From the NCBI GenBank assembly GCA_017463765.1, contig JAFTON010000055.1, positions 1 through 56,262 of the forward strand: DNA of 56,262 bases, written 5' to 3'. The translations under genes were made by a program, and so were the position numbers. This DNA comes from Clostridia bacterium. GTDB taxonomy: Bacteria; Bacillota; Clostridia; Oscillospirales; CAG-272. The stretch's first letter is position 1. Each line of letters starts with the position of its first letter. Positions 27,901 through 34,373 of the stretch are shown one piece after another. The notes below the pieces were generated by a model. That model worked only from the letters and a program-made list of their open reading frames with translations, searched no databases and was not told the DNA's origin.

Positions 27901-29647
27901 GAGTGATCGTTCCTCTGGGTGTCTGCGAGAGGACAGCACCGTCCTCCTTGGAAATAGAGATGGTGGGAATATGATCCGACTTACCCATAGACATAAGGAT
28001 ATCGCCCTCTACGTTATTGTAGATGATACACGCAGCAGCACCTGCCAGCTTTGCCTGCAGAGCCTTATCCTCAAAGGTATTTTCACCACGGCGTACCAGG
28101 GCGATCTTGCCCTTCAGCTCATCCTTGGAGAAGGCGGCGTAATTTGCCTTCATACCAACGCCGGGAATAGTGACGTATTCAAAGGTCTTTGACTGAACCT
28201 GACCCTCACCCATACCGATATTAAGCTCGCCGAAGAAATCGTTGGGGTCGCCCGAGATATCGTTGGACTCGGTGAAGAATATGATCTGCTGATCGTTTGC
28301 TACGATATATTTGCTCTTCGTTCCACTGATGGATGCAACAGAAAGCGCACCGGGATAGGTGGAGGGAGAGCCAACGGTAGCAGAATCGGGGTTGGCAGCC
28401 TTGTTGGTATTACCACCCTCACCACCGTATGCCGAGCTGTAGCTGTTGCTGGCTGCGGTTATAAGGCTGATACCGCTCTGATTGATCTTATCATATACGG
28501 CGTTGATAGCATCGCCGTCAGCCTCTCTTGAGAAGCCGCAGGATGAACCGAGTGACATATTGATAGCGTCAACGCCAAGGAGGACTGCATCCTCAAGGGC
28601 TGCTAAAATATCCTCGGTCTTACCACCCTCGTCAAGGTCGGGGAAAACCTTCATAAGCACAAGCTGCGTATCAACGGCGATGCCCGTGATGGTTTCATCA
28701 AGACCGCCGATAATGCCTGCAACGTGAGTGCCGTGCTCGGAATCATAGGGATTTACGTTCTTGTCCTTGTCGGCATAGTCGAATACGAAGGGGATCTTAT
28801 CGCTGTAATACACGTCCATAAGCTCAAGTGTCTTATCAAGCTTGATGGCTGTAGTATCTGCGAGAACCGAGGACACAAACTGCTGTGTAATGAGAAGCTC
28901 GCCGTCAGGTCTCTTCTGGAATACGGTATGCTCACAGTCAAAGCCGGAGTCAAGCACCGCAACGGCGGTATGCTTACCCGTAAAATGCTCGCCCGTTAAG
29001 GATACGGCAGAGGAGGAATTGAAGATACCCGTGGGGTATACGTCAACGGGGTTTACAATACCCGATGCGTCGGTTCCCTCAAGAGCCTGAGGACGGTTAA
29101 AGGTATCAGACAAAATGGTCTGATAAACGTTATTCTTTTCTGCTATTTTCTTAAAATTGCCGTAGGTGGTATGAACAGCCACACCGTTCATAATCGTGGA
29201 ATAGCTATATGCTACCTCCGAGATAAGTCCCTCGGCATAAAGCTCGTCTGTTAATTTACGCTGCTCAGCGAGAATGATCTCCTCGGCTGCTCTTCCCTCC
29301 TCCGACTTAACGTAATCAGACACACTGCCCGTAACGTTTTTACTGATATAGTCATCCATAAGAGAAGCGCCCGGAAGCGTAATTATCGCTACGATAGGAT
29401 CGCTGTCAGCATATCCGCCGTTTTCAATAAGATGCTCTGCCTTTATGCGGGAGAGAAGCTGATCCTGTGTAAGCTTCGCATTGCTTTTGAGAATCTGCAG
29501 GGTCTGACCGTTACCGTCTGCAGTGTCCGACAGGTCGGGATTATATTCACCGACGGGGGGATCAGAGACTATAAGGTCGCACGCCGTAAGTAATATCGGG
29601 CACACCATTGCGACAAGCAAAAGCATACATATTAGTCTTCTTGACAT
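21917..29647 (-). CDS. Giant (2576 aa) cell-envelope subtilisin-like (S8) protease with PA domain, Big_2 domains, a long BspA-type LRR region and a C-terminal TM anchor
   Basis: Lipobox LLTAC. The catalytic triad is Asp in AVLDSGFD (codon 28949-28951), His in HGTHVAGIIGG (28733-28735) and Ser in SGTSMATP (27746-27748). A PA-like insert lies between Asn and Ser. Architecture resembles lactocepin or C5a peptidase. Confidence 0.9.
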   Translation of the reverse strand: MSRRLICMLLLVAMVCPILLTACDLIVSDPPVGEYNPDLSDTADGNGQTLQILKSNAKLTQDQLLSRIKAEHLIENGGYADSDPIVAIITLPGASLMDDYISKNVTGSVSDYVKSEEGRAAEEIILAEQRKLTDELYAEGLISEVAYSYSTIMNGVAVHTTYGNFKKIAEKNNVYQTILSDTFNRPQALEGTDASGIVNPVDVYPTGIFNSSSAVSLTGEHFTGKHTAVAVLDSGFDCEHTVFQKRPDGELLITQQFVSSVLADTTAIKLDKTLELMDVYYSDKIPFVFDYADKDKNVNPYDSEHGTHVAGIIGGLDETITGIAVDTQLVLMKVFPDLDEGGKTEDILAALEDAVLLGVDAINMSLGSSCGFSREADGDAINAVYDKINQSGISLITAASNSYSSAYGGEGGNTNKAANPDSATVGSPSTYPGALSVASISGTKSKYIVANDQQIIFFTESNDISGDPNDFFGELNIGMGEGQVQSKTFEYVTIPGVGMKANYAAFSKDELKGKIALVRRGENTFEDKALQAKLAGAAACIIYNNVEGDILMSMGKSDHIPTISISKEDGAVLSQTPRGTITLTYQNQAGPFMSDFSSWGPTPDLKLKPEITAHGGNILSSVPGGGYDELSGTSMATPNLCGIVVLIRQYLKEKYPDYTYQQISVMANQMLMSTATIIVDQQANPYSPRKQGAGLASLANVVSTKAYLTVDGIDRTKLELGDDKEKRGVYDMTFSVVNLSEDTLTYDLSLIAMTETVSKSDSEYVAEKAQILGGNTVFSVDGGSLSGKTLTVPANTTVKVLATYTMTDADKQMIDRLFPNGMFVEGFVKLTASADTGIDLNIPFLAFFGDWTQAPMFDKTYYEVESEAHNAAIDDEDKLKADYYATTPYGSYYYNYIIPLGTYLYDVDTNMYDAIPATEDHIAMSDTLGTIDGLSAVYAGLLRNAKTMTYTIVDKVTGEEVYRKEVINANKAYFANAPVPNYEFLNVKSHQLGLVNNREYTFLMEGTLDYGDGGVASNIRNHFTFDFCLDNEAPILKDVKYEKEYDKTLKKDRYYLTMTIYDNHYVQSITPITFTSSQTYAFLSENPIPVYSQKGQDNVVRIEITDYLEDLYKDELITSALSFSIDDYALNSNIYICQLPGTKGDFKFTKDGTEDGTDLSILTLYEGEVVDLTRYLYTSDTSVDAFKDYLRYLNWESSNEKVATVKDGELLGVKAGRTTVTVTEQLDGKQTNLLINVKARPEEESREGGREVSPRKAVDNVKDEYVESIRFSYFDTIFAYSRAAQTSKIGETGDRHYLSAMEGGGISFYPGEKIQLFYDLDPWYVTDKYPVTFTSTNENVAIVDEEGVVTALKKGTTTIQARLEGSSLRASVKITVNSEFVIENRTLVAYKGLGGEVIIPDDEGILYIGPFAFCLYDTDNTVELTEEDYDANKIPSTNTTVTSVVIPATVQEIQKYAFYNCVGLKKVTVPESVRFIREYAFYGDGKLEEVDLSNVEAIGARAFAGCAKLTLDPEKDLRKTYAIGERAFENCASITGVDLTTLRNTGKEAFKGCSSLDTVVFGEKTKLSFAMFAQSGVKEVLLYETLEIPDYCFAECSELVSVTLKNDIWKIGYGAFCENDKLTEVIFEGSVDIIGEQAFYDCPALSTLTLPNSTVTLENYCFYECVGLEKLVIGSDTWIEDMNGAAFQSTSIKSFEVDESNPYYSVSQDGKLLLSKDGGAIYLAATGADFGESYTISADVVGQGAFCGIDIKHLIFTNPETVISDYAFANCETLETITFPEEGVASIGNSAFRYAEKLTSVNLDKVKTVGDYAFSNTGLTEVILAEGATYGEGAFFSSKLERVTVGKNSSFGMGAFQRCTSLNEVVMPSDGGVTLGESCFAYDTALEAIDLSKVEIIPDQAFFECTSLRRADMQIAVKIGAYAFADCASLFYVRFPVVEEIGEGAFSQYEQYGQAPIFGGTGLNSEGKTALILPETLTHLGDGAFIGCTGIEIVVFEGNRLTPPSMEDKTEEEQAEKYWNYLFAYCENLNEVVLPEAMTRIGKYAFAGCESLEIINLSHVTEIDELAFYECVYLEEIDLASAEFIGFAAFTGCRFLESIGEAPALVEVADHAFSGTNLISVKAPVLERIGVCAFQDNENLTSFSFSDKLSFIGDRAFWGCSSLADFSFDNNGSSSKDGKINDFAVLYDGILYTVLPSGKLQLTAIPGGKAIEELEVVDGTVRIDQYAGNQNKAIKKLILPESLKLIGNYAFFGYDALECVEFRSFVAPALESSYIPDAKLDEDDPGFSILQNYYDVFELELCYYTFIDLAGKKEPIKMILPSNMDTQGYDGIIYLVCFGKLEDAEHSDYVAMDKTTTSFIDYATQIEAITDIAVKHESLINSAVAALNAMKQDYTQFGYTEERWQEMTLAVQNAKAKLNSIKLQSASPALQKLQADILALPDTYSSAYKAAMDAIKAAISALKPADKVLLDLTKYTALLPAYEADVPEVTPEKPEPTPTNPDEPTSPWIVVVIVSVSVVAVVAIGACVYIFIIRKKKKSSEAASDPVIEQEALASEIEEETEIKENEETKEGDDEE
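22049..22126 (-). other. C-terminal transmembrane anchor of the protease, followed by a 43-aa basic-then-acidic cytoplasmic tail
   Basis: WIVVVIVSVSVVAVVAIGACVYIFII followed by RKKKK and the Glu-rich tail ...EEETEIKENEETKEGDDEE. Preceded by the Pro-rich linker PEKPEPTPTNPDEPTSP. No LPXTG. Confidence 0.8.
22780..25510 (-). other. BspA-type leucine-rich repeat (LRR_5-like) region, ~900 aa (sub-feature; boundaries approximate)
   Basis: Dozens of about 23-aa units of the type I(P/G)..AF..C..L..V.(L/I)P..V..I, for example IGERAFENCASITGVDL, IGNSAFRYAEKLTSVNL and IGAYAFADCASLFYVRF. Confidence 0.75.
27600..28990 (-). other. S8 peptidase catalytic domain with PA-domain insertion (sub-feature of the 2576-aa CDS)
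   Basis: Residues roughly 220-680 contain the D/H/N/S motifs listed above. KGKIALVRRGENTFEDKALQAKLAGAAACIIYNN is typical of PA domains. Confidence 0.8.
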
Positions 29648-29665
29648 AATTGGAATACTCCTTGA

Positions 29666-29911
29666 TTAACTAAGCCATAGCGCTATCAGCAGCATCACAA
29701 GAACAAAGCTACCCAGTACGATAAGAAGCACGGGGAGATAACATTCAAATGCGGCTGCTATGGCTGCGATTTTTTCTTTTCCTGAAAGCCCGATATGCTG
29801 TGTCGGGCGTTTATTGTTTTCGCCTGTAAGACCCGACATATCATAGACGGTATGACCGTCGTCCACGTAGGGCTTTTTCTTCGGCTTCGGTTTTTTCTCG
29901 GGCTTATTCAT
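29666..29911 (-). CDS. Small (81 aa) tail-anchored membrane protein of unknown function
   Basis: The preferred start is MNKPEKKPKPKKKP (ATG 29911-29909), which overlaps the oppF stop by 8 nt. It has a Lys/Pro-rich N-terminus and a single C-terminal TM, LPVLLIVLGSFVLVMLLIALWL. The track ORF extends to 29974, inside oppF. Confidence 0.6.
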   Translation of the reverse strand: MNKPEKKPKPKKKPYVDDGHTVYDMSGLTGENNKRPTQHIGLSGKEKIAAIAAAFECYLPVLLIVLGSFVLVMLLIALWLS

Positions 29912-31034
29912 CAGTCTTCTCGCCTTCCTCCGACTCAACGGGTGGAGTATAGGGAGTAAGATCATACTCATCACCGCGATTCATAATCTCGGTATCGTAA
30001 AGGTGACACGCAACGAAGTGTCCCGCCTCCGCCTCTACGTAGCGAGGAGCCTTTGCCGCACAGACGCCCATACACTTTGAGCATCTGGTATGGAATTTAC
30101 AGCCGGAGGGAGGATTTGCGGGAGAAGGAATATCTCCCTCAAGAATAATCCTTTTCATCTTTACGTCGGGATCGGGTACGGGAACCGCAGAGAACAGCGC
30201 CTGTGTATAGGGATGCAGGGGATTTCTGAAAATGCCTGCGGTGTCGCCCGTCTCCATCATATTACCGAGATACATAACCATAATTCTGTCGGTTATATAC
30301 TTAACTACCGAAAGATCGTGAGAGATGAATATATAGGTCAGACCCATCCTGGTCTGAAGCTCCTTAAGCAGATTGATGATCTGCGCCTGGATCGATACGT
30401 CAAGAGCGCTTACAGGCTCGTCACATATCACAAGCTTCGGCTTCACGGCAAGGGCTCTCGCAATACAGATACGCTGACGCTGTCCACCGGAGAACTCGTG
30501 GGGATAGCGATCGTAAAACTGAGGACGGAGTCCGCACTTCTTCATAATGTCAAGCACGTAATCGTGAACCTCATCCTTAGGAACAATATTATGCTGACGA
30601 ACTGCCTCGCCGATGATATTACCTACCGTCATTCTTGGCGACAGGCTTGAATAGGGGTCCTGGAAAATAAGCTGCATATCGGTACGGTATTTCTTCATCG
30701 CAGACTTACTGAGGCCTGTGATGTTATTTCCTTCAAAGTAGATCTCACCGTCGGTGATGTCATACAGCTTCAGAATAGTTCTTCCAAGAGTCGTTTTACC
30801 GCATCCCGACTCTCCTACGATACCGATTGTCTTTCCCCTCTCGAGAGTAAAGCTGATATCGTCCACCGCACGTAAATAGGCGGTAGGTCTGCCGAAGAAA
30901 TCGGTGGCAATCGGGAAATATTTTTTTAAATGCTCCACACGTAAGACCACGTCCTTTGAGGAGGATACAGTTACCTTTTCCTCGGAAACGGGTGCGGAGT
31001 CGGTTACAGAATTATCTTTCTTTTGCTCAATCAT
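29904..31034 (-). CDS. oppF: Oligopeptide/dipeptide ABC transporter ATP-binding protein
   Basis: Walker A GESGCGKTT, signature FSGGQRQR, Walker B VICDEP, and an Opp-type C-terminal Cys-containing domain. The ATGA overlap with oppD suggests translational coupling. Confidence 0.9.
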   Translation of the reverse strand: MIEQKKDNSVTDSAPVSEEKVTVSSSKDVVLRVEHLKKYFPIATDFFGRPTAYLRAVDDISFTLERGKTIGIVGESGCGKTTLGRTILKLYDITDGEIYFEGNNITGLSKSAMKKYRTDMQLIFQDPYSSLSPRMTVGNIIGEAVRQHNIVPKDEVHDYVLDIMKKCGLRPQFYDRYPHEFSGGQRQRICIARALAVKPKLVICDEPVSALDVSIQAQIINLLKELQTRMGLTYIFISHDLSVVKYITDRIMVMYLGNMMETGDTAGIFRNPLHPYTQALFSAVPVPDPDVKMKRIILEGDIPSPANPPSGCKFHTRCSKCMGVCAAKAPRYVEAEAGHFVACHLYDTEIMNRGDEYDLTPYTPPVESEEGEKTDE

Positions 31035-32197
31035 TTTGCATCCGCCTTTTCTTCATACAAATAGCAACAAACCCAATGGGTGTCGCTTACCTGAACGCCT
31101 CTGGGATATTCTCCCTCGCATTTCTCCACGCATTTGCTGCAGCGGCTCTTGAAATAGCAGGAGTTGGGAAGATTGATGGGGTTGGGAACCTGTCCCGGAA
31201 TAGAATAGAGGGGCTCGTTTACGTCGGAGTTTATCATAGGCTTGCTCTTCTGAAGTCCTATGGTATAGGGGTGCAGGGGGTTGTGGAAGATATCGTGGGC
31301 AGTTCCCTTTTCGATAACACGTCCCGCATACATTACTACAACCTCGTCAGCCATCTCTGCAATTACGCCGAGATCGTGGGTTATCAGCATAATCGAGCAG
31401 CCCTGCTTTTTCTGCAGGTCCTTCAGAAGCTCAAGGATCTGAGCCTGAATGGTAACGTCAAGCGCCGTTGTGGGCTCGTCTGCAATAATAAGCTTTGGGT
31501 CTCCTACAAGCGCCATGGCGATCATTACTCTCTGACGCATACCGCCCGACAGCTCGTGAGGATAGCTTGCATAGGTATGCTCGGGCATAGAGATGCCGAC
31601 CTTCTTGAGCATTTCAATAGAGTGCGCCTTCGCATCCTCGGCCGAAATGCCGGGATTATGAATGAAGGATGCCTCGTCAAGCTGATAGCCGATCGTAAAT
31701 ACGGGATTAAGGCTTGTCATAGGCTCCTGGAAGATCATAGTAATATCCTTACCACGAATGCGGTACATCTCGGCGGTGGGGGTTTTCGCAATATCATAGC
31801 CGATATCACGTCCGTCCTCGGTCTGACCGAGATCGCCTGCATTAAAACGGATCTGTCCCTCTATGACCTGTCCCTGAGGCGCCTGAACGAGCTGCATGAT
31901 CGAGAGCGAGGTAACACTTTTACCGCAGCCCGACTCTCCTACGACGCCAACGATCTTACACTTGGGAATATCGAAGGACACGCCGTTTACAGACATAACG
32001 GTGCCGTTGTCTGTGAAGAAGCAGGTTTTAAGCGAATCTATTTCAATGAGATTACGATTATCTCTCATAGGAACGGTATATTCAGCCAAGGTACGGGGCT
32101 TTCTCTTCTCTGCCTCGTAATGCTTCATCTGCTTTATGTTATATCGAATGATAGCACGGCTGTCCTTTACAGATAAATAATTACCTTTTTGTTTCAT
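31031..32197 (-). CDS. oppD: Oligopeptide/dipeptide ABC transporter ATP-binding protein
   Basis: Walker A GESGCGKS, signature LSGGMRQR, Walker B IIADEPTTALD. The N-terminal ~45 aa are an extension relative to typical OppD, so the start is uncertain. Confidence 0.88.
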   Translation of the reverse strand: MKQKGNYLSVKDSRAIIRYNIKQMKHYEAEKRKPRTLAEYTVPMRDNRNLIEIDSLKTCFFTDNGTVMSVNGVSFDIPKCKIVGVVGESGCGKSVTSLSIMQLVQAPQGQVIEGQIRFNAGDLGQTEDGRDIGYDIAKTPTAEMYRIRGKDITMIFQEPMTSLNPVFTIGYQLDEASFIHNPGISAEDAKAHSIEMLKKVGISMPEHTYASYPHELSGGMRQRVMIAMALVGDPKLIIADEPTTALDVTIQAQILELLKDLQKKQGCSIMLITHDLGVIAEMADEVVVMYAGRVIEKGTAHDIFHNPLHPYTIGLQKSKPMINSDVNEPLYSIPGQVPNPINLPNSCYFKSRCSKCVEKCEGEYPRGVQVSDTHWVCCYLYEEKADAK

Positions 32198-32247
32198 TGA
32201 TACGAAAATTCCTTTCTATGCCAATGGCATATTCGGAGTTAATAATT

Positions 32248-33306
32248 TTACTTTCTTGCCTTGGGGTCCATAGCGTCACGCAGACCGTCACCTACGAAGT
32301 TGAATCCGAGAACGGCGATCACGATCATAAATCCTGCGGGCAACCACATATTCACGTGGTAGGAAAGAACCTGAGGATCGTTTGCAGTTGCGATCATAGT
32401 ACCCCACGCAGCCTTGGGCAGCTGAACGCCGAGGCCGAGATAGCTGAGGGTGGACTCATAAAGAATTACGCTGCCGAGGCCGAGCGTCATAGACACGATA
32501 AGCTGAGGCATAACGTTGGGGATGAGGTGGAAAAATATCTTACGCCAAATTGAAAGACCCATAACCTCGGTGGCAGTGATATACTCCTGCTCCCTGAGCG
32601 AGAGGATCTGTCCTCTTACAAGACGTGCCACACCACTCCAGCTGAAGATGGTGATGATAACCATTAAAATATAAATTCTCTGATCGGGCTCGATATTCCA
32701 GGAATCGATCATAGCAGAGGCGATAAGCAGAATGGGAAGCATTGGGATACAGTTGAAGATATCCACTATTCTCATAATAAGCTGATCCACCCAGCCGCCG
32801 AAGTATCCCGAAATTCCACCGAGGACCACGCCGATGAGCGTTTCGAGAATAACAACGATAAAGCCGATGGTAAGCGAAATTCTTCCACCATACATCAGAC
32901 GAACGAAAACGTCCATCCCCTTATCGTCTGTTCCGAGAAGATGCTCCTTGTCGGGAGAGGCATAGTTGTTGATACCGCTGACGTGCTCAAGCTGCTCAAC
33001 CACCTCGATCTTATTACCGTTTTCATCGGTATATTCATAGGTTTGATAAATGAAATTGGAAACCTCTGTTCTGTCAACCGTTTCCTCACCCCACTTCTGA
33101 TAGATAACGGGGCCGAGGAAGGAGAAGAGGAAGAGGAATGCGATCATCAGAATACCCACGATAGAAAGCTTGGATCTGAAGAATCGACGCATAACGAGCC
33201 TTATAGGGCTCATCTCCTGATAGGTTTCCTCCTGCTCACCTGTAACGGTAACGGGAGCTTCGTCATTCTCTGTTGAGGCGATGAACTGTTTATCCTTTTC
33301 TGACAT
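32248..33306 (-). CDS. oppC: Oligopeptide ABC transporter permease
   Basis: 352 aa. BPD-transporter core with the EAA-like region REQEYITATEVMGLS. The first external loop is enlarged. GTGAGG ribosome-binding site. Confidence 0.88.
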   Translation of the reverse strand: MSEKDKQFIASTENDEAPVTVTGEQEETYQEMSPIRLVMRRFFRSKLSIVGILMIAFLFLFSFLGPVIYQKWGEETVDRTEVSNFIYQTYEYTDENGNKIEVVEQLEHVSGINNYASPDKEHLLGTDDKGMDVFVRLMYGGRISLTIGFIVVILETLIGVVLGGISGYFGGWVDQLIMRIVDIFNCIPMLPILLIASAMIDSWNIEPDQRIYILMVIITIFSWSGVARLVRGQILSLREQEYITATEVMGLSIWRKIFFHLIPNVMPQLIVSMTLGLGSVILYESTLSYLGLGVQLPKAAWGTMIATANDPQVLSYHVNMWLPAGFMIVIAVLGFNFVGDGLRDAMDPKARK

Positions 33307-33315
33307 CTCTTAACC

Positions 33316-34323
33316 TCACTTTCCAAGCTTGACACGGGGGTCAACGATAGAATACATAATATCGGAGCAAAGCGTACCGATAACCGTCAGCACCGCAAGG
33401 AACATATTGTATCCCATAATAAAGGGAATGTCGCCCTCCTTAAGCGCCTGATAAGCAAGTCTACCTATACCGTCAATACCGAATACCTGCTCGGTGATCA
33501 TCATACCGCCGAATAGCGAGGGGAGAATACCCGCAAGAAGAGTTGCGAGAGGAATCATGGTATTACGGAATGCGTGAACGTAAATAACCTTGTTTTCAGA
33601 CAGACCCTTTGCTCTTGCAGTACGGATATAGTCAGCACCGAGAACCTCGAGGGTGTTGGTACGTGTGTAACGCATAAGTCCGCCGATCGAAAGAATTACG
33701 CTTACGAAAATGGGAAGGATAAGATGCTGAATGATATCGAGAAATTTCTCAAATCCACCTGCAAAGCTGTCGGCATAGTCCTTCGTAGCGTCGATAAGTC
33801 CGTTTGCAGGAAGCCAGCCGAGATCTACGGCAAAGACCTTGATAACGATGGCGGCAAAGAAATATGTAGGAAGCGACAGACCTATCATCGTAAACACGGT
33901 GACGGCGTAGTCCCTTACAGAATACTGATGAGTGGCACTTGAAATGCCGAGGGGGATGGCAATCAGGAACTGAAGCACCGTTGCCACCGCTGCGATGGCG
34001 AAGGAAATCCACATATTTTCACCGATGACCTGAGCCACAGGCTTATCATATTTAAAGGAATTTCCAAGGTCGCCCTGCAGCAGCTTGGTTATCCAGTTGA
34101 AATAACCGCTGGCAATTCCCTTGAATGAGGAATCACCTATTCCGTACAGCTCCTTGAAATGGTCCACGTCCTCTTGCTTTATGGCACCCGTCTGGAGCTG
34201 TGTTGCGAACTTCAGATCCACATAGTCGTTGGGCATCAGACGCACCATCGTATAGATGATGATCGATACGCCGAAAAGTATGAGGAGAGAGATCAGCAAT
34301 CGTTTTACAACATATTTAAACAT
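33316..34323 (-). CDS. oppB: Oligopeptide ABC transporter permease
   Basis: 335 aa. Typical OppB/DppB N-terminus MFKYVVKRLLISLLILFGVSIIIY and EAA motif ADYIRTARAKGLSE. Confidence 0.9.
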   Translation of the reverse strand: MFKYVVKRLLISLLILFGVSIIIYTMVRLMPNDYVDLKFATQLQTGAIKQEDVDHFKELYGIGDSSFKGIASGYFNWITKLLQGDLGNSFKYDKPVAQVIGENMWISFAIAAVATVLQFLIAIPLGISSATHQYSVRDYAVTVFTMIGLSLPTYFFAAIVIKVFAVDLGWLPANGLIDATKDYADSFAGGFEKFLDIIQHLILPIFVSVILSIGGLMRYTRTNTLEVLGADYIRTARAKGLSENKVIYVHAFRNTMIPLATLLAGILPSLFGGMMITEQVFGIDGIGRLAYQALKEGDIPFIMGYNMFLAVLTVIGTLCSDIMYSIVDPRVKLGK

Positions 34324-34373
34324 TTTTTCTTCCGTTTTTCTTATTTAATAAGTGAAACACGACTCTGCGAGCA

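Noticed and set aside
6309-29647. Sortase (LPXTG) anchoring of the giant proteins
   Set aside because: No C-terminal LPXTG plus hydrophobic/basic tail is present in any of them. LPKTEG within the 2094-aa repeats is internal and lies inside a repeat unit. Anchoring appears to be through lipoboxes and one TM helix.
30956-32176. 406-aa plus-strand ORF spanning oppF and oppD
   Set aside because: It is in phase with and antisense to oppD, which has unambiguous Walker and signature motifs. It also crosses a gene boundary. Shadow ORF.
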